From NCBI GenBank assembly GCA_016188605.1, contig JACPHP010000001.1, forward strand, positions 1,327 through 65,326: a stretch of DNA of 64,000 nucleotides. The letters run 5' to 3'. Made by a program: the position numbers and the translations under genes. A model generated the notes under the pieces. The model had not been told where the DNA came from and ran no database searches. It saw only the letters and a program-made list of their open reading frames with translations. Position 1 is the stretch's first letter. Every line of letters begins with the position of its first letter. The stretch comes from Candidatus Spechtbacteria bacterium. Its GTDB lineage: Bacteria; Patescibacteriota; Minisyncoccia; Spechtbacterales; JACPHP01. Shown here one piece after another: positions 38,782-47,908 of the stretch.

Positions 38782-40347
38782 TTATTCTCTTCTTAGTATC
38801 TCTCCCGCTCGATTCGTCGTCGTCTTTCCATCTCGCACCGCTACTTCGCCATTGACGATAACCCAATTTATACCAGATGGGTATTGATAAGGATTTTGAA
38901 AAGTCGCGTTATCTTTTATTTTCTTTGGATTAAATATCACTATGTCAGCATAAGCGCCTTTTTCAATTTTTCCGCGATTCTTTAAACCTATTTTTTGCGC
39001 AGGGCCGTATGTCGCCTTGTAGATGGCTTGTTCCCATGTCAGCAGATTGTTTTCTTGAATATATCGCGAAAAATATCTTGGAAATGCTCCAAATGATCGC
39101 GGATGAACGAGTTTCCCTGACTTGCCGTCAGAATGTAGATATCCGATACCATCGGACGATGTAAAAGAATAAGGATTCTGTACTGCTTGCATAATATTTG
39201 CCTCCGAAAGTGTGGTCGTAAATACTGATACGCGTCCTTCCGACGCCGAAAGCATATTGAGTACCGCATCTTCAATGGAGGTTTCCTGATTTTTGGCAAT
39301 CTCTTTTATGGTTCGGCCAATAAACGTAGGGTCAAGGTTAGCAGATGCGATAACCATTCTATCGTACTGATGCGGATCTTGCCGCATTTCCTGCACAAGG
39401 CGTTTGCGTATCACAGAATCTTGAATACGCTCAAGCATTTTTTTCTTTCCGCCTTCAGCAACCCAATCGGGAAGAAATATATAGAGTACAGATAAAGTCG
39501 TTGTATACGGATAAAGGTCAAAATTTACAAACACTCCCTGCGACCGAGCTTCTGTTATCATATCAATTGCTTTTGAAAAATTTGACCAGAATGTTTCTCC
39601 CATCGCTTTGAAATGGGATATTTCAAGATGTACTGTGTTGCGGCTGGCTGAATCAAGCGCTTCTTCCACCGCCGGAATTAAATGTTCTCCTTCGTCGCGT
39701 AGGTGCGCGCTATAAAGGCCATCATATTTTTTTACCACATCGAGCAACGCGTCAATTTCTGACGCTGACGCAATTTTGGCATGCGAATAAGCAAAACCGG
39801 TTGAAAGACCAAACGCGCCTTCGTTCATAGCATTATCCAGCAGGAATTGCATTTGTTTTATTTCATGACTATTAGCTTCGCGAAAACTATCACCAAGAAT
39901 ACCGCGACGGAGCGTTGAGTGACCAACAAGAGTGCCGACATTGATACGCAGATGATGATGATCTAATTCCGCAAGATACTCACCCATCGACATCCAGTTG
40001 ACATTTAACAGTGACGGATCAGCCCATTTTTGTACCATCATAATAACACCGGGGTTCGTTAACGGCGCGAGTGACGTGCCGCAATTGCCCATCAGGATGG
40101 TTGTTATACCCTGTTGAACAAGACTATTCTGGCCAGCGTTGGAAAATAACGTTAAATAGACGTCGGAATGATTAAGAATATCTACGAATCCGGGGACGAC
40201 GAAATTATTTTGCGCGTTAATGACACGTTCATTGTTATGCTCGTGAAGATTTCCAATTTCATGGATAAGATTTTTCTCAATTCTAATATCAGCTTCGTAT
40301 CGAGGCTGTTGCATGCCATCTATAATTATGCAATTTTTGATGAGCAT
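38782..40347 (-). CDS. N-acyl-D-amino-acid deacylase (D-aminoacylase) family amidohydrolase
   Basis: PGFVDILNHSD, QGITT..GNCG, HLRDE, ISHFK, DLYPY, HPRSFGAFPR. Confidence 0.88.
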   Translation of the reverse strand: MLIKNCIIIDGMQQPRYEADIRIEKNLIHEIGNLHEHNNERVINAQNNFVVPGFVDILNHSDVYLTLFSNAGQNSLVQQGITTILMGNCGTSLAPLTNPGVIMMVQKWADPSLLNVNWMSMGEYLAELDHHHLRINVGTLVGHSTLRRGILGDSFREANSHEIKQMQFLLDNAMNEGAFGLSTGFAYSHAKIASASEIDALLDVVKKYDGLYSAHLRDEGEHLIPAVEEALDSASRNTVHLEISHFKAMGETFWSNFSKAIDMITEARSQGVFVNFDLYPYTTTLSVLYIFLPDWVAEGGKKKMLERIQDSVIRKRLVQEMRQDPHQYDRMVIASANLDPTFIGRTIKEIAKNQETSIEDAVLNMLSASEGRVSVFTTTLSEANIMQAVQNPYSFTSSDGIGYLHSDGKSGKLVHPRSFGAFPRYFSRYIQENNLLTWEQAIYKATYGPAQKIGLKNRGKIEKGAYADIVIFNPKKIKDNATFQNPYQYPSGINWVIVNGEVAVRDGKTTTNRAGEILRRE

Positions 40348-40354
40348 AAATTTA

Positions 40355-40466
40355 ATCTAAAATCTCAAATGGCAAATCTTAAATCTACATCGCAAATCTT
40401 AAAGCTTCAGTCGTAATTTTTAGATTTAAGTTTTAGTTTTGCGATTTGCGATTGGAGTTTTGACAT
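40355..40466. repeat. Inverted heptad array (AATCTCA family)
   Basis: atctaaa atctcaa atggcaa atcttaa ... tttgcga tttgcga ttggagt tttgaca. Confidence 0.85.
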
Positions 40467-40470
40467 TTAT

Positions 40471-41619
40471 TTAATGGAAGCTAAGCCAAATTGCTGTCAT
40501 TGAAAAAAGCGAAGCTACAGCCCATGCGTACATCACTATAGTCGCCTCGCTCCAACCTGTAATTTCAAGGTGATGATGTAACGGGGCCATTGCAAGCAAT
40601 CTATGTCCGAATAATACACGCCACGCGACTTGAATGAGAACTGATACGATTTCAATAACGAATATTCCTCCTATGATTGGCAAAAGCACTACCCTGTCTA
40701 ACGCAAACGCAATCGCGGTAAGCATTACCCCCATTCCAAGCGATGCCACGTCTCCCATTTGATATCGTGCGGGTTTGATATTAAATAGTAAATAGCCAAG
40801 CAGTGCGCCTATCGTTACCGCAATCAGGAAAATGAAATCTGTGTTTCTATGTTGGAGCGCTACGATAAAAAACGCGCTGTAGGATAGCAGTAATGTCCCA
40901 GCAGATAGCCCGTCAATGCCGTCGGTAATGTTTACAGCATTAGACATAAACATAACCAGGAAAATAATTAAAGGAACAATCATCCAGCCCAGATCATATG
41001 AACCATGCCATGGAATCCAGATTGACGTCCAGCTAAGCTTAAATGAAAGCCACCAGGCAATAATGCATCCTATAATGAATTGTACCAAAATTTTCTCATG
41101 AGCCTGAATGCCACTGCCGGGATGCGATCCCAGAAGATAGAAAAATCTTTTATACGCGTACCACGGCAATAACAGTACATACCATACGCGAGCTAAAATA
41201 TTTTTGTGGACGCGTATAAGCGTCCAAACTTTTCCAAGCGTACGCACGGGGCGGGTTTTTGTATAAAAGATATTCAGCAGGTCGTCCAAACCACCCAAAG
41301 CAGCTGACAACAGTAGCACTCCTATTGGTACATATGTCGTCTCACGATGCCAATTAAACATCGTTGTGAGCACCGCGATAACGCTAACAATTATAATGCC
41401 TCCCATGATTGGTGTACCTATTTTTGCCTCGCGCCCGGCAATTAACGATGAAAAATCGTGTTCATCTCGTCGAGTTATGTGTAATTTTTTAAGAAGCGCG
41501 ATAAGCGGAATTGAGCCTATGACGGTTAAAGCGAATGCCGTGAAAAAAAATGCAAAAATAGAATCCGGAAATGAAGTAAAAATCATACTTACAAGTACAG
41601 CGGACGATATAGACCACAT
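40471..41619 (-). CDS. mraY: Phospho-N-acetylmuramoyl-pentapeptide transferase (MraY family)
   Basis: KIGTPIMGG, GGLDD, SNAVNITDGIDGL, MGDVAS, MAPLHHHLE. Confidence 0.9.
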   Translation of the reverse strand: MWSISSAVLVSMIFTSFPDSIFAFFFTAFALTVIGSIPLIALLKKLHITRRDEHDFSSLIAGREAKIGTPIMGGIIIVSVIAVLTTMFNWHRETTYVPIGVLLLSAALGGLDDLLNIFYTKTRPVRTLGKVWTLIRVHKNILARVWYVLLLPWYAYKRFFYLLGSHPGSGIQAHEKILVQFIIGCIIAWWLSFKLSWTSIWIPWHGSYDLGWMIVPLIIFLVMFMSNAVNITDGIDGLSAGTLLLSYSAFFIVALQHRNTDFIFLIAVTIGALLGYLLFNIKPARYQMGDVASLGMGVMLTAIAFALDRVVLLPIIGGIFVIEIVSVLIQVAWRVLFGHRLLAMAPLHHHLEITGWSEATIVMYAWAVASLFSMTAIWLSFH

Positions 41620-42359
41620 GCTACCTCCTGGCCCGATATAAACCCGCGTTGCTGGTTAATTGTGCGTGATGTGTTGGGCCACTCTTCCCAATGCTGTTCA
41701 ACCAAAGGCAACGATTCATTCGTGATAGTTATTTTTCCTTCTTTTATTCCCTCGCCAGTTTCTTCACGTACCGATTGAGCGTATTCCACGGAAATCAACT
41801 TATCGTTATTATCTCGTTCAGTTTTTATAACAAGTATGGCATGGTCAACTTCAGCGACAAATCTAATCAAGTCGCCGGGCTGCAATTCTTGCCAATTCTT
41901 TAATTCCCTAGCATTTTGTAGATCGGTAAGCGTTGCAACACCGATGTGCGTGAATGGGCGTAAATAAATTGCGATTTTTGCAAATAAGCCAGACTGCGGG
42001 AATTGCAAAACTTCATATACGCGCTTGCTCTTACTTTGACGCGTCCAAGCATCAAATATATGGGCGATAAAACCGGAGCATTCCACGCCGAGCCGCCTCT
42101 TTCTCATTATATCACGAACTTCATCTTCTTCCATTGAGGAAAAGTTTTTATGCTCAAGGCGCTCAATTATTTTGAGTTCGTCTTCAATCTCTTGAGGAGA
42201 CCCTTTGCCGGAAAAAGCGTTCAAGCCCCAGCGCTCCTTACCACTGCGAGGATTGCGATAATAAGGGCAACGGACTGCCCTGTTGTCACCTATGTTGAGA
42301 TGTTTATAGCGCTCTATAACGTCTAGAGCTGGTTGAGGGATACTTACAATTGTATTCAT
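41589..42359 (-). CDS. Hypothetical protein, NlpC/P60-like cysteine hydrolase
   Basis: GVECSGF, PGDLI and DHAILV give a Cys...His arrangement. Confidence 0.6.
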   Translation of the reverse strand: MNTIVSIPQPALDVIERYKHLNIGDNRAVRCPYYRNPRSGKERWGLNAFSGKGSPQEIEDELKIIERLEHKNFSSMEEDEVRDIMRKRRLGVECSGFIAHIFDAWTRQSKSKRVYEVLQFPQSGLFAKIAIYLRPFTHIGVATLTDLQNARELKNWQELQPGDLIRFVAEVDHAILVIKTERDNNDKLISVEYAQSVREETGEGIKEGKITITNESLPLVEQHWEEWPNTSRTINQQRGFISGQEVACGLYRPLYL

Positions 42360-42368
42360 ATGTTTACT

Positions 42369-42455
42369 ATCAACGAATAACGAATCCTTTACGAATAAAC
42401 GAATTGGCTGTAGCGGAGTATTCGTATATTCGTACGCTATTCGTTATTCGTTGAT
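42369..42455. repeat. ATCAACGAAT-family element overlapping the ATP-grasp gene stop
   Basis: atcaacgaataacgaat...attcgttattcgttgat. Confidence 0.85.
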
Positions 42456-43673
42456 GATATATTCTTGCACCCTATATAGCTCCTCATTCACCCCTACCAC
42501 TTTCATACGCGAAGTAACAATTCCTTCACCTAAGGGCAGCTGAATTTCCGAAACCAGCACTTCATTCTGTAGTTTATTGCGATACAGCACTTGCCGTACC
42601 TTACCACGCAAGACAAGCGGCGGTAAGTCCCCGTTCGACAAGCTCAGGGCAAGCTCCTTTTTCGGCTCGAATCCTGGCTCCAGCATGTCGTTAATAAACA
42701 ATAGAATTAGAGGGGTTTTATTTATGGCTCGATGCAGTTTTGCTTCAAATGAAATGCTAGCTGGCTGATGCGTGTTTACTTCAATAAAGTATACTTTACC
42801 AGTGCTTTTTTCTGCCACAGCGTCAATGCCAAAAAGGCCATTGTAGCCCTTAGCATGCATCGCGGTTCCTACGTTTCTCGCCATCACGCCGATAGCTTCT
42901 ATTTGACTTTGCGAAAGTTCTTCGGACACGATGCCGAAATCGTTTCCCACGGTTGATGACGGATTGTTTGTTGCTTCAGGTAGTCCGGTAAGCTGTTTGC
43001 TGATAGAGCCCGTATAGACCGTGCCATTTTTTGCTGCAAACGCATTAAGAGTGTAAGTATTTCCCGTGATGAATTGCGCGATCCTTACTTCCCTATTCGG
43101 GAATTTTTCCGCGTGCGGAGTAAGATCTTCGATTGACTGCAAAATAAACGTCCCTCCTCCGCTGTGGCCGATATTATACTGGGCAACTAACGGTAACGGC
43201 ATTTTTGCAATAACTTTGGTTGCTTGCGACAATGTTGTAATAATAGTTGGCGGAAACTCAATGCTATCTTTAAGATGTTGATATTGGGTTATTTTATCTT
43301 CAAAAAGAGTTGCTAAATCCGCGCGCGGCGCCATAAGTTGCCAGCTGTTCTTTTGGCATTCTTGCTCGATAGGCTCGGAGGTTTTTAGTACAAGAATGTT
43401 TGATTGCTGTCCGGCCGACAAATCATCAATATATTTTATAACGCAGGTTAACTTCGCCACGCCATAAGTGCCAGCGCGCAGATTATCTTCCCAATTTTTG
43501 TCAACACAATCGCGTTCCAGAATAAACATTTTTGTGCCCCTTGCCTCCAAGTCATCTGTAAAAGCGCTTTTATATGGACAAATAATAGCGTAGTTAGCCA
43601 AATCATCCTCAACGCCGGTTGCGCGTTCAGGGTCAAGGGCGAGATAGAAAATTTTGTTATTCCCTATTGACAT
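42444..43673 (-). CDS. ATP-grasp domain protein
   Basis: FEDK, GHSGGGTF, QFITG, GLFGID, YFIEVN; ATG at 43673. Confidence 0.8.
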   Translation of the reverse strand: MSIGNNKIFYLALDPERATGVEDDLANYAIICPYKSAFTDDLEARGTKMFILERDCVDKNWEDNLRAGTYGVAKLTCVIKYIDDLSAGQQSNILVLKTSEPIEQECQKNSWQLMAPRADLATLFEDKITQYQHLKDSIEFPPTIITTLSQATKVIAKMPLPLVAQYNIGHSGGGTFILQSIEDLTPHAEKFPNREVRIAQFITGNTYTLNAFAAKNGTVYTGSISKQLTGLPEATNNPSSTVGNDFGIVSEELSQSQIEAIGVMARNVGTAMHAKGYNGLFGIDAVAEKSTGKVYFIEVNTHQPASISFEAKLHRAINKTPLILLFINDMLEPGFEPKKELALSLSNGDLPPLVLRGKVRQVLYRNKLQNEVLVSEIQLPLGEGIVTSRMKVVGVNEELYRVQEYIINE

Positions 43674-43746
43674 ATAATTATAATATATGGTATATAAAAA
43701 AAATAATCGGGAGTATCGCAATATATTCCTTAAAGGAGGAATAAGA

Positions 43747-43941
43747 GTGGTTGACATCGGTGAAGTAATCTATCTTGCTATTGCGGTATTTATTGGTTGT
43801 GCGTTCGGAAACTTTGTGGAAAGCTCTTCTAGAACGGGAAGCTCTTCTAGAAGTCGTGCGTTCGAGCGCAGTCTCTTTCAATTTGTAGCATTATTTTGTT
43901 TTGTCTTGTCCATCGTACTTGTCTACCTCATCCGTGTATAA
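43747..43941 (+). CDS. Small 2-TM protein (64 aa)
   Basis: AAGGAGG SD precedes GTG 43747; two hydrophobic helices. Confidence 0.5.
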   Translation: MVDIGEVIYLAIAVFIGCAFGNFVESSSRTGSSSRSRAFERSLFQFVALFCFVLSIVLVYLIRV

Positions 43942-44868
43942 TAAATCCGTCATTAGACACACCGACTGCCCAGCTTCACCAAGAGGCTGGGCTTTTTCTT
44001 TCCATTTTAGAAATCCCGCGAATGCCAAAACGCTTTGCCAACCTGGCTTAAACTCACAGCCCTCAAAGTACTTCGCGGCATTTTCCAGTTCTTGATTGAA
44101 AATAACATAGCCATTGCCACCGGTTGCGCGGACAATATTCGCAACTGTTTTTTTGCGAGGTGCTACGCGGTCTACGATTGCCGTGGCCAAACTTTCTTTT
44201 TCTTCTATAAAATCTTTGCTAAATTCTTGCGCTATCGTGTGCACCTTGCTTGTTTGTACTATATGAAGTTCCGGAACCTCACATCCAAGGACTTTATATC
44301 CATTGTATATTCCCTGCAAGGTTGCGCCTGAGCTAGTAGGTATAAAAATGCGTTTCGTATCGGGCAACTGATCGCGTAGCTCAAACGAGATTGTTTTATA
44401 TCCCTCAATCCCCTCCTCATGCTTTGACGCGAGCAGATTAGGAATATTGTTCTTTTGGCTGAATTGTACGGATTCCTTGCGCGGAAGCGCGCTCTGGTAT
44501 ATCTGGATGTTGTCAAAAGATTGAAGGCGTGCTAGTTTTTCTTTGGCAAGCTTGGTGCTAATAAAAACATGCAGGCGGATATTTGCTAGCTTGCAATATG
44601 CCGCCGCGGAAATAGCGGAATTTCCGGACGAGGCAATAGCGAGCTCTTTTACGCCATTCATACGACAAAGCGAAATCCAATACGCGAAAGATCGATCTTT
44701 GTGCGTACCAGTGGGGTTGCGAAATTCAAGTTTTCCCCACACCGAAATATCCCCAATTGACTGCGTTTTTTGCAGACTATATACTGGGGTCATTCCCTCT
44801 CCCAAGGAGGATTTACAACCATCCGGGATGGGCGGAGAAAACAAATCATTAAAGTCCCAAAATATCAT
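43891..44868 (-). CDS. PLP-dependent fold-type II enzyme (threonine synthase-like)
   Basis: SLGEGMTP, KLEFRNPTGTHKDR, ASSGNSAISAAAY, EGYKTISFEL. Confidence 0.88.
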   Translation of the reverse strand: MIFWDFNDLFSPPIPDGCKSSLGEGMTPVYSLQKTQSIGDISVWGKLEFRNPTGTHKDRSFAYWISLCRMNGVKELAIASSGNSAISAAAYCKLANIRLHVFISTKLAKEKLARLQSFDNIQIYQSALPRKESVQFSQKNNIPNLLASKHEEGIEGYKTISFELRDQLPDTKRIFIPTSSGATLQGIYNGYKVLGCEVPELHIVQTSKVHTIAQEFSKDFIEEKESLATAIVDRVAPRKKTVANIVRATGGNGYVIFNQELENAAKYFEGCEFKPGWQSVLAFAGFLKWKEKAQPLGEAGQSVCLMTDLLYTDEVDKYDGQDKTK

Positions 44869-45031
44869 GAAAGTAAAATGCCAAGAATGTAAAAATGAAA
44901 AAGCGTTAGACGACTTTGACGCGCAAGCAGGCAACTGGTTTGAGTGCGACTATTGTGGCACTACCTACGAGATTGTCGATATTGACGAAGACGGTGAGCC
45001 GCAGCTGCAAATGATTGAGGAGGAAAAATAA
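44867..45031 (+). CDS. LysW-like zinc-ribbon protein, putative amino-group carrier (54 aa)
   Basis: MKVKCQEC...FECDYCGTTYEIV...IEEEK; acidic with two CxxC; terminator follows. Confidence 0.7.
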   Translation: MKVKCQECKNEKALDDFDAQAGNWFECDYCGTTYEIVDIDEDGEPQLQMIEEEK

Positions 45032-45047
45032 GTATCTAGTCTTACCG

Positions 45048-45079
45048 GGGCATCTCAATATGAGGTGCCTTTTGTTTTA
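45048..45079 (+). terminator. Terminator after the LysW-like gene
   Basis: gggcatctca-ata-tgaggtgcct followed by a T tract. Confidence 0.65.
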
Positions 45080-45102
45080 TAATCAGGTGTTATCTGGTTT
45101 CA

Positions 45103-45289
45103 AAATTTTCAATGGTTATGTTTTCAGCCATAGCAAGAAATACAAAAAAATGTATTTCTACGTTTAACAAAAATTACAACAAAATGTAATTTTACGCTAA
45201 GGCTGATCCCCGCCAGAGGCGGGCAGGCGTCTCAGGCGGAGAAAATTTAGTAATTGTAAATTTATTGAAAATTGTTAAATTGAAAATTG
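45103..45289. repeat. Triple-nested composite repeat
   Basis: aattttc heptad arms contain a TCAGCC/TCCGCC element (45124-45240), which contains an AT-rich double hairpin (about 45135-45195). Confidence 0.75.
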
Positions 45290-46630
45290 ATCATTTTTCT
45301 GTTTTATAGTTCTTATTGTCTCCTCTATCATCCCCCTAAACCCTTTTTGGCTCATGAAAACAACACAGCCAAAGATATCCCGTTTCCTCCAACCAACTAC
45401 AATTTTTTTAATTTGCGAAATTACCTCCTCGTCTTCCGTTATAAATTGTACGCGCTTGTAATCTTTTTGAATTTTCCGCGCAAGCTTTTTATTAAACTCT
45501 TGTGATTCAGCCGAAGTGCCGCTCAAGCGAGGCAGTAAGACATAATCCGCCTTCGCAAAACATTTGTGGTATTCTTTTTGCTTCAGCGCCAAATCGCTTC
45601 TATTTCCCGGTTCGTATATTGCGATTATAGATTTGCAAGGAAATTGCGCGCGGATTGCTTCAAGCGCCCCCTCAACTTTTTCCGGAGAATGGGCGTTGTC
45701 GTCTATCACTACTATGTTTTTGTCCTGGTAGCGCACTTCCTGGCGGCGTTTAATGCCCTTAAAAGTTCGCAGCGCTCTCTTTATTTGTTTATCTTCTATT
45801 CCTATCTGTTTGGCTAGCGCCACGACCGAACCAATATTCTCTTTCCATGCCGCGCCCAAAAAGGGAGGGGTAAAGCCTTCGGCGCTATTTTCATCGTACC
45901 AGCAAATTTGTGCTTTTGCACCATTTAGAACCTCTTGGGCATTCTCTCCCCTTCTATTGGCAATAATCACGCCATTTTTAGGCATTTTTAGGGCAAGCTT
46001 ATGGAATGTATTTATATAAGAACTCTTGGTCGGAAACATATCCATGTGGTCCCAGGTGGCACCCGTGAGAATAAGATATTTGGGGTGATAAGCCAAAAAT
46101 CGCGATGTTTTCTTCCAATTTGCGATGGGATATTCATCACCCTCAAGAACCGACCACTTGCTATCCGTGCTGCGGATGCCGTCGGTGAAGTTTTTGGCAA
46201 TGCCGCCTATCATAAAACTGGGATTGAATTTGGCGACTTCGAGCAGCCACGCAACGAGTGACGTTACAGAAGTTTTGCCGCACGATCCTGCCACAACAAT
46301 AGAATTTTCTTTTTCTATTAGTTCTGGTAAAACTTCGCCATATGTCTTGTAGGGAATCTTATTTTTTATAGCATAGGCAAGTTCGGGATTCTTTTTGCTA
46401 ATGAACGCCATAACTAGCACAAGATCGGGCCTTTGGCTAAGATGTTTTTCTTTGTAGCCAGGCATAATTGCAATGCCATTTTTCTTCAAATAGGTACTCA
46501 TGGGCGGGAAAAACGCGCGATCGGAACCAGTCACTTTCCAGCCAAGTTTTTTATACAAAACAGCCAGAGGTGCCATTGTCACCCCAGAAATGCCTATAAA
46601 ATGAATGTGTTTTTGAGTTTCTTTGGTCAT
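45275..46630 (-). CDS. Mur ligase, Mpl/MurC-like
   Basis: HIHFIGISGVTM, VTGSD..PPMS, VAGSCGKTS, EGDEY, GIKRRQE, DDNAHSP. Confidence 0.85.
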   Translation of the reverse strand: MTKETQKHIHFIGISGVTMAPLAVLYKKLGWKVTGSDRAFFPPMSTYLKKNGIAIMPGYKEKHLSQRPDLVLVMAFISKKNPELAYAIKNKIPYKTYGEVLPELIEKENSIVVAGSCGKTSVTSLVAWLLEVAKFNPSFMIGGIAKNFTDGIRSTDSKWSVLEGDEYPIANWKKTSRFLAYHPKYLILTGATWDHMDMFPTKSSYINTFHKLALKMPKNGVIIANRRGENAQEVLNGAKAQICWYDENSAEGFTPPFLGAAWKENIGSVVALAKQIGIEDKQIKRALRTFKGIKRRQEVRYQDKNIVVIDDNAHSPEKVEGALEAIRAQFPCKSIIAIYEPGNRSDLALKQKEYHKCFAKADYVLLPRLSGTSAESQEFNKKLARKIQKDYKRVQFITEDEEVISQIKKIVVGWRKRDIFGCVVFMSQKGFRGMIEETIRTIKQKNDQFSI

Positions 46631-46676
46631 CTTTATCGGGTAGTCTATAGAAGCACGGCTTCTATACTCGCGCTTA

Positions 46677-47810
46677 TCATATAATTTTCGCTAATACTTT
46701 CTCCGCGTAATCTTTATCGCGTACCACATCCCCTACAGGCAGACCAGTTTCATTCTCCGCTTCTTGTGTCGCGCGTCGCGTGTCTTCTTCAGACATGCCG
46801 GATGTATTCAAAGCCACCGCTGCAACTTTTGTGTCGCGGTATGTCGGTAAAATACTAGATTCGTAGTGCTTAATCGCTTCTTTCAGCGAAGGAAGAGCCA
46901 CAAGCTTGGAGCCAATGGAGTGTTTTCGCGCGGGCCTGTGGACTAACACCATATGCGTTGGCACCGCGCCGTGAATTAGGGAGATGCAGGTATTCGAGAA
47001 TGCGGGATGAAATAAACTCCCCTGCCCTTCCACAAAAAAAATATCGTAATCATTTTGTTTTTCAATCAGCATTTTCTCCACCGCGCCAGCCATAAAATCC
47101 GCTGGCAGGGCGTCTATGGAAATCCCCCAGCCCTCAATCATAATGCTCGTTTGTCCCGTAGGGATTACGCAGGCACGCATGCCCCGCTTTTGCGCAGCTC
47201 GCGCGAGTTCATAGCTTGTTGTCATCTTTCCAATAGCGGCATCGGTACCTACCGTTAAAACTATAGGTTTTGTAATGTGATAAGATTGCGAGGAACACAC
47301 GGGAATACTTTGCAAATCAACATCAGAGCGCACGTCCCAAATTATTGAGCCACTGGTTTTAGCGGCCTCGCTAAACTGCGCATTATTTTTTAGCGGATAA
47401 TGCATTCCCGAAACTACATGCATGCCTTGTTGCAAAGCCGTTAGAATATCATTTTCCCACTCGCGTGGCAACCCTCCGCCCTCTGGGGCGGCGCCTAGTA
47501 AAAGAACAGATGCTTTGGTAATATCACGCGCTTCAGCGAGCGACGAAAAAATTGGCGTATCGACATTTTTTGAATCATCGAGATATCCGCCAAGCACATC
47601 ATATACTCTTATGTGGGGTATCCGATACCCCACATAAGATGTGGAGTCCACGATGCCCGCTATCGGATATTCCGCGTATCGCAAAATCCCATCCGCGGTT
47701 TTTGCCCGCATGGGGAATTTTTTGCGTGCATTAAGGCCAAAAACCCCCTCGGCGTAGATGAGAGATACGTGCTCTGCTAGGTTAATCGGCGCATTTATTG
47801 GGCTAGCCAT
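46677..47810 (-). CDS. DUF1611 (DgcN-like) P-loop protein
   Basis: AKTADGILRY, APEGGGLP, VVSGMH, VGTDAAIGKMTT, TGQT, DFMAGAVE, VEGQGSLFHP. Confidence 0.88.
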   Translation of the reverse strand: MASPINAPINLAEHVSLIYAEGVFGLNARKKFPMRAKTADGILRYAEYPIAGIVDSTSYVGYRIPHIRVYDVLGGYLDDSKNVDTPIFSSLAEARDITKASVLLLGAAPEGGGLPREWENDILTALQQGMHVVSGMHYPLKNNAQFSEAAKTSGSIIWDVRSDVDLQSIPVCSSQSYHITKPIVLTVGTDAAIGKMTTSYELARAAQKRGMRACVIPTGQTSIMIEGWGISIDALPADFMAGAVEKMLIEKQNDYDIFFVEGQGSLFHPAFSNTCISLIHGAVPTHMVLVHRPARKHSIGSKLVALPSLKEAIKHYESSILPTYRDTKVAAVALNTSGMSEEDTRRATQEAENETGLPVGDVVRDKDYAEKVLAKII

Positions 47811-47908
47811 AAGAAGTTATAATAGCACACAATCTAAATATATTCTAGCATAAGAAAATGAAAAAGCCCGTGCGAACACGAGCTTTGTTTGTTTGTAGAA
47901 CTTATACT

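Noticed and set aside
44543..44866. First 108 aa of the 162-aa ORF
   Set aside because: Antisense to the PLP enzyme; only the last 54 aa look like a real protein.
43891..44868. Naming the gene thrC
   Set aside because: No thrA or thrB nearby and the C-terminal motifs diverge, so only a family-level call is supported.
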